64,000 nucleotides of DNA. Origin: Eledone cirrhosa. Taxonomy: Eukaryota. The translations under genes and the position numbers were made by a program. Shown here in pieces: positions 13,882 to 25,174 of the stretch. How positions within the stretch are numbered: position 1 is the first letter of the stretch; each line of letters opens with the position of its first letter. The notes beneath the pieces were generated by a model. That model saw nothing but the letters and a program-made list of their open reading frames with translations, was not told the origin of the DNA and searched no databases. The stretch lies in the NCBI GenBank assembly GCA_964016885.1, contig OZ024741.1:157666001-157730000 (forward strand). Reading direction: 5' to 3'.

Positions 13882-14219
13882 GGAAAGTTATATTTAAATT
13901 GTTGGGTTACAACTAGTAAATATTTATAACTGATATAAAAGCACTCGACAAGTATTTGGAGTATATTTACAATATTAAATAAATGGAAACTATATTTATA
14001 AAACCATATTTATTTCATTATATATATTTCAGGGATATCATATTAACAATATGCTATGCCTTCCTCAGACAAAATACAATATAAACAGTTTTATAAAACT
14101 GTTTATATTGTATTTTGTCTGAGGAAGGCATAGCATATTGTTAATATGATATCCCTGAAATATATATAATGAAATAAATATGGTTTTATAAATATAGTTT
14201 CCATTTATTTAATATTGTA
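13882..14219 (-). mobile_element. Penelope-like fold-back pLTR element: perfect 252-bp palindrome (13968-14219) plus 86-nt extension, inside (TA)n
   Basis: The arms are exact reverse complements about 14093/14094 with no spacer. Each arm holds a hammerhead. (TA)n lies on both sides. Confidence 0.7.
14105..14181 (+). ncRNA. Type I hammerhead ribozyme (mirror copy on minus strand at 14006-14082)
   Basis: CUGAGGA at 14119-14125. Stem II AGG.AUA.CAUAUU-guu-AAUAUG.UAU.CCU. GAAA at 14157-14160. Palindromic stem III UAUAUA. AUA cleavage triplet ends at 14168. Stem I auauu(g)uauuuugu pairs with augaaauaaauau. Confidence 0.75.
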
Positions 14220-14556
14220 TATATATATATATATATATATACATCAAAATATATGATAAACACAAAACGTGTTTGCATTGCAACAGACAAAGTCAGCCAT
14301 TAATGAAATAAACTAATTAAAGTGAATACAATTTGTCTGTCTCGATATAAGTCAATAAAGACAAGCTTATATTGGCAACAGCCATGATTCCTGGACAGAT
14401 TTAAATTTCAAAATCCAAACCTGTTCCGTAGACGAATTTGAACCTCGAAACCTAAATCCGTTTCGCAACGGTGGTATGTGAAATGCTCGGAAATGCCCCC
14501 TTTCTTGGAGCTTCATTATTGTAAACGACAGAGTTTATTCTCAAAATATAATATAG

Positions 14557-14614
<58 letters not shown>

Positions 14615-14615
14615 C

Positions 14616-14676
<61 letters not shown>

Positions 14677-14679
<3 letters not shown>

Positions 14680-15055
14680 ACTACAGTCATTAGGCATCTC
14701 TAACAAAATACACCCCCGTCCCACCACCCCCAACCCCATCCACACCGCCCCTTTCAATGTAAAGTTACGTTGGTGCCACAACATCCAGGCCGAAACAAAT
14801 AAGATCGTGTAGGTGTCACGACAAAAAAACACACAGTCCACGCTGTAATGTGGCCGTGTAGGTAACACAGTAAAAACCTCCCAGCCCCACACTGTAAATG
14901 TGGTTGGTGTTAGGAAGGGCATCCAGCCGTAGAAAACCTGCCAGATAGTCCTATGCGAGCAAGACAACCACTCTTGCCTCAAGTGGGAAAACTCCCGTCC
15001 AAACCCATGTAAGCGTGGAAGATTGACGTTAAACGATGATGATGATGATGATGAT
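14677..15055 (+). mobile_element. RTE LINE family 1 3' UTR with (GAT)n tail
   Basis: Closely matches 26925-27299. Contains gtggttggtgttaggaagggcatccagccgtagaaa and ends gacgttaaacgatgatgat. Confidence 0.8.
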
Positions 15056-15100
15056 ATATATATATATATATACTTCCCTGATAGTTAGATAGAGAGACAG

Positions 15101-15224
15101 ACAGTCAGTCATATATATATATATCTGTCTATCTATCTGTCTATCTATCTATCTATTTAGATAGATAGATAGATAGATAGATAGACAGATAGATAGACAG
15201 ATATATATATATATGACTGACTGT
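15101..15224. repeat. Palindrome built from (CTAT)n/(ATAG)n microsatellites
   Basis: acagtcagtc-(at)n-(ctat/ctgt)n | (atag/acag)n-(at)n-gactgactgt. Confidence 0.85.
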
Positions 15225-15559
15225 ATGTAAAATCCCCGGCATGTCTTTGTATTGTCCCCTTTCTTGTTGCGCCCTTGTGGCTAATAAAGAAATCTATCTA
15301 TTTAGATAGATATTTATCTATCATAAAGAAAGATATCTATTTCTCTATCTATCTATCTGTCTGTCTGTCTGTATATCTGTCTGTCTGTTTGTCTGCCGGT
15401 CTGTCTATCAGGAAAGGATGACTGTAAAAAGTAGAAAGATGTAACAACACTTAAGCTGTCCTTCATTCACACACTCCTCAATATCTATTCACACCACCTT
15501 GTTTTCCTCTTACCCACTTGATCTCTTCCCATCAACCTACATCCATGAGCTCCACTAGT

Positions 15560-15701
15560 CTCACTTGGGGTCCAGCCAGATCAATTGAAGATGGTTGCTT
15601 CTGGAAGGAGTGTTTACAACAACCCTCTCCAGAATAAGTGGGTGAAGAAGAAGAAGAAGAAGAAGAAGAAGAAGAAGAAGAAGAAGAAGAAGAAGAAGAA
15701 G

Positions 15702-15758
<57 letters not shown>

Positions 15759-15857
15759 AACGACAACAACAACAGCAGCAGCAGCAGCAGCAGCAACAAC
15801 AACAACAACAACAACAACAATAACGTCAACAACAACAGCAGCAGCAGCAGCAGCAGC

Positions 15858-15901
<44 letters not shown>

Positions 15902-15902
15902 C
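15560..15902 (+). repeat. RTE family 2 3' end followed by compound (GAA)20-(CAA)n-(CAG)n microsatellite
   Basis: ccagatcaattg...gttgcttctg...ctctccagaataagtgggt-gaagaa matches the 3' end of 19460-20178. Triplet tract spans 15644-15902. Confidence 0.85.
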
Positions 15903-16439
15903 TTATTTGGTGTAAGTTTTCACTCATTCATAGATTAAGTAACCAAGTAAATATTTGTAGATCAGGACAGTGACTAGTATAAATGCTGCTAGATGTAGCA
16001 GCTATTTATCTTTGGAGACTCGAACCTGCACAGGACTCGTTATTTTTTTTATCAACCTTCAAAGAATGAAACACAAAATCAACTTTAGAGGGATTCAAAC
16101 TCAAAGTGCAAAGAGCTGAGACAAATAGCAGAAAGCTGGAACAAATACCAGAGAGCATTCTATTTTATGTTCTAATGACTTTCCCAATTCACCATCTACA
16201 TTGAATAGACACTCATTTCACAACCTCATTGTTCTAAGTTCAATACCACTGTATCTTGAGCAGACCTCTTCTACAACTGTAGTTTACGGTTGTATATTGT
16301 TTTAGCAACAACTTCATACCACAGAGGAATGTAAACACCTTTAATTACAAATTGGGCAGCAGATGATTCCATGTGTAAAAGTGTCCTTGAAATATGACAA
16401 AATTTATATTTTCTATTGCTAAGTGTCTGACAAAGAGTT

Positions 16440-17135
16440 GTAAGGAGATTGTCAAATCCAAGAGAGCTGATGAACAGTATGGTTTAGTCTTGCTTTGCAG
16501 ATCTTGAAAAGGCATACAGCCATGAAGAAGTTCAAGTATCTCAGGGCTGTGTTCATGAGTGATGGAAGGCAAGAGGCTGAATTAAGTGCAAGAATTGCCA
16601 GAGTTGGAACAGTAATGTGCTAGCTTTGACATTCAGTAATCAGAAGAAAGGAGGTAGGTGTAAAAGCCAAACTCACTATCTTAAAATTGGCATTTGTTCC
16701 CTTACCTGTGATCAGGAATCTTGGGTAATGACCGAATGAATACAATGGTGAATACAAGCAGTTGAAATGGGGTTCCTCAAAAGGGTTTTGGGAGTAATGT
16801 TACTCAATAGAGTGTGTAGCTCAGAGATCAGAGAGTTGCTCCAGGTAGAGTTACTACTTCTCCGAATTGTGAGATCACAGCTCTGATATTATGAGCACGT
16901 GGTTAGAATATCTCAGGAAAGAATCCCTGGACAGATTTTACAGACAAAACCAATTGGTAGGAGACCCAAAGGTAAACCCTAAACAAAATGGTTGGATAAT
17001 ATCCATGAACTCAGTTGGTCTCGCATGGAAATCCAGCTAGATCAATTGGAGAAAGTTGCTTCTGACAGGACCTGGTGGAAGGAGTGTTTGAGGTCTCTGT
17101 CCTAACAATCCTTTCAGAAATATGTGAGTGAAGAT
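16440..17135 (+). mobile_element. RTE-clade LINE family 2 (Rex3/Expander-like), decayed C-terminal ORF2
   Basis: Paralogous to 19460-20178: KFKYL...AELSARI...EMGFL.RV.GV.LL.RVCSSEIRE.LQVE, with stops and frameshifts. Confidence 0.75.
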
Positions 17136-17149
17136 CTTGAAAGTGTTGT

Positions 17150-17420
17150 TCATTGTTTGTGTGTAATAGTGTTGGACCTGCTCATGAAATTAACAAACAA
17201 GTAATTAAGGTTTCCACTGATAATGTACCCTTAATGTAATTCTCAGAGAGATTCAGCCAGGCACAGGCTGTGACAAAGCAAGTCCTTTCAATTACAGGTA
17301 CAACTTATTTTTTTTTAGCTGAATGGACTGGAGCAATGTGAAATAAAGTGTCTTGCTCAACATGATGCCAACCTTATGATTGTGAACTGAATATCCTAAA
17401 CACTCAGCAATCTGCCTTTA
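17150..17420 (-). mobile_element. CORE-type SINE fragment
   Basis: agctgaatggactggagcaatgtgaaataaagtgtcttgctcaa is the reverse complement of the CORE region. Confidence 0.6.
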
Positions 17421-17619
17421 TTGTCCAGTAGGTATTTTGTAGCCATTTCCTGCTCTAGCACTGCAAAAATATAACCTTCATGTTCAACAACCACAACAAC
17501 CATAGGCAGTACCTTAGCTAATTAATTAAATAAATATATAAAGAGATTTTTAAAGAAATAGAGGAAAGAAAGTGATGTCCGAATCTGTATCCTCCACCTC
17601 TAGGTGGAGAATACATTAC

Positions 17620-17970
17620 AGGATGTAGAATACATTGCTCCCAAGTAGGGCAAGAGTGATGCGCTAGAACAGCCACTCCACCTCATGGGTCTCACACCTG
17701 CAGGTGGATAGCCACCTCCCCTGCGATAGCAGTGAGTAGGGATGAGGTCCAGGGGCCAAAAATGCCAGAGGTCTCCAATGCTACAGGTTCTACCACGGAC
17801 CTATTAGAGAGTGGCCGATACTGGGACAGTTTTCTCTCTTCAGATTGGCAGGCAGCAGAGTCTGGGCTGATAGCGGAATGCACTAGGTTGCCATTAGAGT
17901 AGGTGTCAAAACGTGTGAGTTCCAGAGAAGGAGCCTACTCCCACGGAATGGGAAGATTGTCATACCAATT
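17620..17970 (-). mobile_element. CRE-clade non-LTR retrotransposon, restriction-like endonuclease fragment
   Basis: Translation GMTIFPFRG...DTY...AA..SE.RK..QY..L....V.PVALETSGIFGP...WLF.R. Paralogue at 44690-44860. Confidence 0.7.
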
Positions 17971-19459
17971 AAATTGTCATAGCAACCACACTATACAATA
18001 CCAAATCAGAAATATGTATGTATATGTGTAGCAAATTCTCTTCGCACATGCTGACCCCTGAATGACATCTGGCTGCTATTTGTCTTTATCTCACTTGGCG
18101 TAAGTAGTCTGGAAAGGCTGGCTAGCTTGAGGTGAAGCAAGATAAGTTTTTCTTTGTCTCATTTGACTCTGGTTCCTTGGGAGAGAAGCATCGCTTTGAC
18201 CTGCTCAAGCAAGTAGCGAGATGTAGCACTTATCAAAAATAAATGTTGGCCCTATCGATAAGGGCCTGATAAAAATTCTCCCAACAACACTTCAACCACA
18301 AACAGAATCATCTGTCCCTTCATACAAACAAAGATTCTTCAGCATGACACAGAGACCTTTTTTTAACACTGTATTCATTTGTAAGTGCTACCATCAAACT
18401 TTATATTTTTTTGATTCAAAGTAATCATATTCTTTTTCCTTTTTGCTGAAGTGAAGTAAAGTTCTATATCTGACCAAAATGATTGTATTTGTCATGTTTA
18501 TCATCCTCTTCAACAACAACAACCACTAACTTCGCTTCAATTGGTGACTTCGATGTAATCAAACTATTTACAAAACTTTGCTTTATATGTGCTGATGTAT
18601 GTGTGTCTATGTGTGCATTTCTCCATGTTTGTTTATTAATAAGTGTGTTAAAGTTTTTTGTTGTATGTGTAATGTATCTACATCTGTGTGAGTATTTCCA
18701 TGTAGTGCAGCAATAGTGTATCCATATCGGTGTGCACATGGATGAAGGAGGGTACTGGATGCGGTGGGAAGAGCAGATTAAAGGAAGAGGGGTGATGCAT
18801 TTAAGTCAATGTGGGTAGATGTATTTAGAAAGAAAATAAGCTGAAGTTCCCTCTGGTGGCAGGTATCTGTGGGTCTGGTACAGGAAGTGATCCCAAGGGT
18901 GAACACATGCTGCCACTGAGCTTCAAAAATGGCATTATTTGGAGACATCACCACTATTAACACTCACTTGGTGAACTGATTTCCTTAGTTATAGATAATT
19001 TATCAGCCAAACCTAACTCAGTGATTACCACATCAAAGATGAAATATGTTACCAGCAGTAAAGTGTGAGGAACTAAGATATATGATGGTGGGAGGCTGGT
19101 GAGAAAAACTATAAATCTAGTCGAAAACCAGATACAGAGGACAAGTGAGTAATGGGTAGTTAATGAAACCACCTCTTTCATGCCAGCCAGCAAATGTAAA
19201 ACAAAATGAATTTTGAACTCATATGCAGACGGGCTTTTGAAAGAGCAACCTCGAATGCAAGTCCATTCCCTTATCAACAGCCTGTATTGCATTTGAAATA
19301 TATTACATAATAAATGTATTACCTCATAGATTGTCTGAAGACGTTGTGTTAGTAATTGCATGATAACAGCATTACATAATTAATAACGTCACAGAAATAT
19401 GTATTACAGTGAATTTCGTAATAAAATAAATTATGAAAATCTAGCCTTCATATTTTCAA

Positions 19460-20178
19460 ACAGGAAAATCAGTACTGCAAAAACGGAGACTCTTTTCCTA
19501 TCAAGGAAGCCTGCACAGTGCATCCTACATGGAGTTCCACTGAAGCAGGTAGAGAAGTTCAAGTTTCTCAGGATTATGTTCACGAGTGATAGAAAGCAGG
19601 ATGCTGAATTAAGTGCAAGAATTACAGAAGCTGCTACAGAAATGTGCTAACTTCATCATTCAATCATCAAAAGAAGGGAAGTAGGTGTACAAACCAAACT
19701 TGCTGTCTTCAATTTGGTATTTGTGCCAACCCTTACCTACGGTTATGAATCTTAGGTAATGAGTGAAAGAGTATAATTGCAAATACAAGTGGCCAAAATG
19801 GGGTTTCTCCAAAGGGTCTTCGGAGTAACATTACTTGATAGGGTGTGTAGCTCAGAGATCAGAGATTCACTCCAGGTAGAGCCGCTATTTCTTTGCATTG
19901 AGAAATCACATCTCAGATACTACAGTCATATGGTTAGAATGTCTCAGAAAAGAATCACTGTACAGGTTTTACAAGCAAAACCAATCAGCAAGGAGCCCAG
20001 GAGTAAATCTTGAGCAGGGCGGTTGGAAAATATCCATGAGCTTAGCTGGCCTCTTTTGGGAATACAACTGGATGAATTGGAGATAGTTGCTTCTGACAGA
20101 ACCCACTGGAAGACATGCTTAAGGACTCTGCCCCCTTTACCCTCTCCCAGAAATAAGCGGATGAAGAAGAAGAAGAAA
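19460..20178 (+). mobile_element. RTE-clade LINE family 2 3' portion with (GAA)n tail
   Basis: KTETL...LKQVEKFKFL...AELSARI...PTLTYG.ES...MGFLQRV.GVTLLDRV.SSEIR..LQVEPL...LRYYSHMVRM; ends in gaagaagaag. Confidence 0.8.
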
Positions 20179-20211
20179 GCCATAGTATTTTTATTATTAT
20201 TGTGTGTATAA

Positions 20212-20401
20212 GGGCGGTGGATTGGCAGTATCGGTAGAGGGTCGGACGCCATGCTTTGATGCATAGAGTTACGGTCCTTGCCATTCTGAGTTCAAATCCC
20301 ACCGAGGTTAACTTTGCCTTTCATCCTTACGGGGTCGATAAAATAAAGTACCAGTAATGCACTGGGTAATTGCTGGCCTTCTGCCAAAAGTAGAAACAAT
20401 T
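20212..20401 (+). mobile_element. tRNA-derived SINE family A, full length with target-site duplication
   Basis: A and B boxes present. TSD ttattattgtgt(g/c)tata on both sides. Confidence 0.85.
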
Positions 20402-20930
20402 ATTATTGTGTCTATATATATGTATGTGTGTGTATATATATATACATATATATATCATAAATCATGTCTTTAGAATCATCAGATATTAAAATATATACTA
20501 TTTCTTCTTCTAATTAGCATAATTAACCATATAAAAAATCAATCAGAACAAGCTATGAGAATAAATGCTCTTATGGGGAAATCTCCGACAAATAACCGAA
20601 CGTAGCCTCTTCGCGGCGGCCCCAGTCGATTATTTATCCAACATTTCGACAGCATGTAGAAACTGACTAAATATACCATCAACCATACACAATTAGTTGT
20701 AAAATTAAACTTAGAAGAAATGCGCACATACCGTAATTATATCTCTACCATGGTTTCTTCCTTATTTTGGACATCCAAATAATAGGAATGTCCTGAGCTA
20801 GGATTCATCAGGAGACAAACTCAAAATCAGACATCTAGTTTTTCAATCCGATCCCGCCAAAATTAGATTCAAAAATGGCTAAAAATCGCTATGTGGCTGT
20901 GTTCATAATAGATAGATAGATAGATATATA

Positions 20931-22075
20931 CAGGTGCGAACGATATTTGTTTGCAAGATTACTGTCTAGGAAAAAATAACAGTAGTTTTACTTTTTAAGA
21001 TTTATTTATCAAACTTGGGTCAGTATGTCTTTATGACTTGTTCTTTCGATCTCACTCGATAAAGCCACCGTTAGCTTTGATGACGGCCTCAAGGCAGCCT
21101 TGGATACGGCTACAGGCCTTTGTCATTGTCCCCCGACTTAGGCCCCTAAAGGCACTTGTGATCCTGGCCCTCAGATCGTCTTTCGTATTGCAGCTGATCT
21201 GTTGGTGTCTCATTCCACTGCGCCCCACACAAAGAAGTCGAGGGGGTTGCAGTCAGGCGAGCTGGGAGGCCAGATGTCAGGTGAAGTGTGGTCGATGAAG
21301 TTCTCTGACAGCCAGGCTTGGGTCTTTCGGCTGGTATGGCAGGGCGCTGAGTCTTGCTGCCACACGTACGGCCTACCTGCAGCTACCTGGTCGATCTAGG
21401 GCTTTACTACCTCGCTCAGAACGCGGATGTAGCCATCGGTGTTCAGCTTGAGGCCCTCAGGATGAGACAGCGAGCCACCTGTTGTTCTGGGAGTTGATCT
21501 TCTGGTCTTGGCAGAAGTTTTTATCGTTGGAGAAAAACCACAGCATGTCTGGCTCCAGTGGGTGTTTCAACTTGTTGATCAGCTTCTTTGCGTGCTTCAG
21601 TCGCTTTTCTTGCATCGCCTTTGACAGAAATTGTCCTTTCCTCATCTTGTATGAAACGTAGCGAATGTTTCATGTACCACCAGCCTAATGAGCTTTTCAC
21701 ACCTTTCTCCCTTGCAATGGCACGCATCGACTTGCTAGGCGTCAGACCATCAATCACGTGTTTTCCTCTCTGATGTTGCTTCATAGTCAGATCCTGAATC
21801 TTCCAATTCCTTTTTGATCTTTTCCACCATTCTCCTGCTGACGCTGAGAAAGTCTGAAATTTCCTTATTTGTCCTCCTGGCTCGGATTCTAAGAAGAACT
21901 CCATGTCTCTTCCACAAATTTGGAGGTTCAAAATTATTCATAATCAATTATTCTGAAAATAAATAATGGAAATATAATCACTATTTTTATGAAGGCAAGA
22001 GGTGACAACGGAAGTAAAAAAAAATTGCATTAAATTAGCAGTTGAAAATTGCGAACAAATATCGTCCGCACCCTG
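20931..22075 (-). mobile_element. Tc1/mariner DNA transposon, DD37D (maT-type), degenerate transposase
   Basis: TIRs caggtgcgaacgatatttgtttgcaa / ttgcgaacaaatatcgtccgcaccctg with flanking TA. The minus strand reads FSNDKNFCQDQKINSQNNRW and QQDSAPCH...WPPSSPDCNPLDFFVWG, with 37 residues between the second and third Asp. Frameshifts and an internal deletion are present. Confidence 0.9.
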
Positions 22076-22081
22076 TATATA

Positions 22082-22391
22082 TCTAAAACAGAGAATGTTT
22101 GTCTGTCTGTCTGTTATTTTAATATATATATAATTATATATTCGTGTACAGATATTTTTGCATACACAATAACATAATATAAACAAAAGTATTTATTTTG
22201 CGATAAAGTATGGATTTTCTTCGCACGGAAAAAAACCCTGGTAATCTACGATGATTTTTTTTATAAGCACAAAATGTAGACACCATCCCGAGGCTGAGGT
22301 ATTCCGTACTTCTCTGTACTGTTTCAGAAAGGAGGGATAAACATGCCAATCTATGTTTAGAATCCCGAACAACGCTGGGCCATTCTGCTAG
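22082..22391 (+). mobile_element. Non-autonomous Helitron-type element
   Basis: A|TC 5' end (tctaaaacagagaatg, (gtct)n), subterminal hairpin cccg-aacaacgc-tggg, CTAG|T 3' end. Confidence 0.75.
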
Positions 22392-22397
22392 TATATA

Positions 22398-22704
22398 TCT
22401 AAAACAGAGAATGTCTGTCTGTCTGACTCCCTAAAACTTGGGAACCACCTTACCGATCTTTTTCAAACTTTACACATGTAATACTTATGGTCATGTGAGT
22501 GTTTTGAGCAAAAAATATTTCAAATTTTCTATGCCCTATGGACCGCATTAGGCGATTTAGCGATCTCTCTCTATAATTCTTAGTCTTTCTTTTTAGATAG
22601 ATACATAGCTACGACGTCGTGCCCTTATAATATCTGTCTGTATGTCTGGCTGTCTGCATTATGACATTATGACACTATCTGTGTGTGTGTATATATGTAT
22701 ATAT

Positions 22705-22736
<32 letters not shown>

Positions 22737-23019
22737 GTGTGTAACGTTTTTCGAAATATTTACTTCTGCGTTCACAGATTGATTTTTTTAGTTTCAGAAG
22801 ATCCCGTTAAGGGTGAAAGCAGCGATTCCTTGCTTAAACTTTAATCTGTTATTTCAATATATATATATAATTATATATTCGTGTACAGATATTTTTGCAT
22901 ACACAATTACAAAATATAAACAAACGTATTTATTTCACGAGGCTCGATAAGGATAAATATATATCAAATACATAAGAACCCTAGAGCAAATCCCGAGCAA
23001 CGCCGGGTCATTCTGCTAG
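22398..23019 (+). mobile_element. Non-autonomous Helitron-type element (second copy, longer)
   Basis: Same TC start, hairpin cccg-agcaacgc-cggg at 22992-23007, CTAG at 23016-23019 followed by T. Shares an internal segment with the first copy. Confidence 0.75.
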
Positions 23020-23043
23020 TATAAATATATATATATATATATA

Positions 23044-23995
23044 TAGAAAAGATGAATATAAAAGGAAAGTGCTTTTTTTAAAAAGGAATTTATTAGGTAT
23101 TGACATGTTTCTGTAACAGACGGAATACCTATGTATCGCTGCTTGCGTAATCATATAATGTTAGCAAGTATTCGATAGCAAATGTATAATCAGTTGTCAC
23201 TTCTTCAGAGATTTTGGATAAATTGGATAAAATCAGAAAAATTGAAGTATTTATATTAGTAATAGAGGAAGAAGAGAGGGGATAGTATATGACAGATGGT
23301 AATTCAATTTACTGCTAAACAAGTATATAAAGGGTTTCTAATGAGAATACCATGAGTAAATGGTTCATTTTATCTAAATAAGAATTTTTGGGAGTGCCAA
23401 TTTTAATCTCTACTTGACCAATTGGACAGTGGACAGGGCTGGTCATTTGGTGTAGTAGTTTTAATTATAAAGTGTCAATTGGTCAAGTAGAGTTTTAATT
23501 ATAAAGTGTCCAATTGGTCAAGTAGAGATTAAAATTGGCACTCCCAAAAATTCTCATTTAGATAAAATGAACCATTTACTCATGGTATTCTCATTAGAAA
23601 CCCTTTATATACTTGTTTAGCAGTAAATTGAATTACCATCTGTCATATACTATCCCCTCTCTTCTTCCTCTATTACTAATATAAATACTTCAATTTTTCT
23701 GATTTTATCCAATTTATCCAAAATCTCTGAAGAAGTGACAACTGATTATACATTTGCTATCGAATACTTGCTAACATTATATGATTACGCAAGCAGCGAT
23801 ACATAGGTATTCCATCTGTTACAGAAACATATGTCAATACCTAATAAATTCCTTTTTAAAAAAAGCACTTTCATTTTATATTCATCTTTTCTACATTTTC
23901 TCCGGAATATAATTTATACTCGTTGAGCAAACCTACACGTACGCTGTTCATCTCTAACGTAACGATATATTATCACTACATTATTGATAACCTGA

Positions 23996-24000
<5 letters not shown>
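23044..24000 (+). mobile_element. Penelope-like fold-back element: about 386-bp inverted arms (23044-23428 / 23507-23893) plus 107-nt extension, inside (TA)n
   Basis: Arms differ by about 3 substitutions and one 2-nt indel. Hammerhead-like core CUGAAGA (23727-23733)...GUGACA/UGUUAC...GAAACAU(AU)GUC (23824-23835). Confidence 0.65.
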
Positions 24001-24028
<28 letters not shown>

Positions 24029-24029
24029 A

Positions 24030-24965
24030 TGATACAAGGACGAATGGTTACTCCTTCATTACGTTTATTGGTTGGTGACGTGTGTTTCACTACTTATCAG
24101 CTCCAAGTTTGATCTGTATCAATCTAGCCCGATTCTGGAATCAAAAGTTCGTCGGACCTCAGTGGTAGTGATGACAGAATGAATATACATGGCATACAAG
24201 AAAGTCTAACATTCCTATGTTGATCATTTTAAGTTGTTTTGATTGGTGGGTTAATTATGAGAAATGTTTTGGCCTGTAAGATAGGTGGGGGTGTGAGTGT
24301 AGTGACGAGTTAGTGGTGAGGAGCAAAGGTTGATGTGAGTAGCAGGTGTGGCGTTGTGGCTATCCCTAGACATGTTGGTGTGTTGTGTTGAGGCTGAGGT
24401 GCTGTGTGTAGTGTGGATGAGGTGGTGGTGCAGGGTATGATATGAGATGAAATATTGCAGTCTTTTACTATTAGGTAGGGGGTAGGATGTTCTGTTTAGG
24501 CATCGTTAAAGGGGACAAGCGCTACAAGGAATTAATGAGGTGATGGGATAATACATATAAAAGATATATATATATAAAGAAAAAAAATAATAAAAAATGA
24601 ATACATAAAAATATATTTGAAAAGGGAAGTAAGGTTCTATACAAAACAGTGGAAAGGTGAGATTGGAAATAGCACTGAAAATATATTTAAGGGCCTGGTT
24701 TTCTTTTTTTTTTTTTTTTTCCTTTTCTTTGATTTGTCAAAGTGACATTATTGAAAAAATGAGAGGGACAATTCTTTTAAAAAAAGAGTTTTATAATGTA
24801 CATAAAGTATATAAAGTATAACTGGTTTTGATGTATTAATAAAATTCATCTTATCAAATGCTGAGTATTAAAATTAAAAAGAATAAGGATTAAAAACTAA
24901 AAATTAAAGATTTAAAATCAAGTGCTGAGATAAGTTTTTGCATCTTCCTTGTTGAGATGGAGACT
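24030..24965 (-). mobile_element. Highly decayed Penelope-like element (RT and endonuclease remnants)
   Basis: Minus-strand remnants HLNK.DAKT..S..DFKSL, FNNVTL.QIK and SAISNLT.FCIE resemble PLE RT motifs. Heavily frameshifted; flanked by TA tracts. Confidence 0.4.
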
Positions 24966-25174
24966 ATAAAAATATATATATATAATATATATATATATCC
25001 AAACCCATGCAAGCGTGGAACATGGACGTTAAACGATGATGATACACACAAATGAGGAAATATGGTGTGAAGTTGGTTTTGTGAAGACTAGGGAGTAGAG
25101 AAGGCTAACAAACATGTAACATAGATGTAAATATATACACACACACACAGAGACACACTTGTATATATATATAT

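Noticed and set aside
14360-14480. Possible short exon ending at a GTATGT donor (AYIGNSHDSW...FRNG)
   Set aside because: There is an in-frame stop just upstream, no good acceptor and no recognisable homology.
15585-15938. Poly-K/N/S and poly-L/F ORFs
   Set aside because: These are translations of a triplet microsatellite.
20540-20900. Unique CpG-containing segment as exon or RNA gene
   Set aside because: No convincing ORF, splice pair or fold was found; left unannotated.
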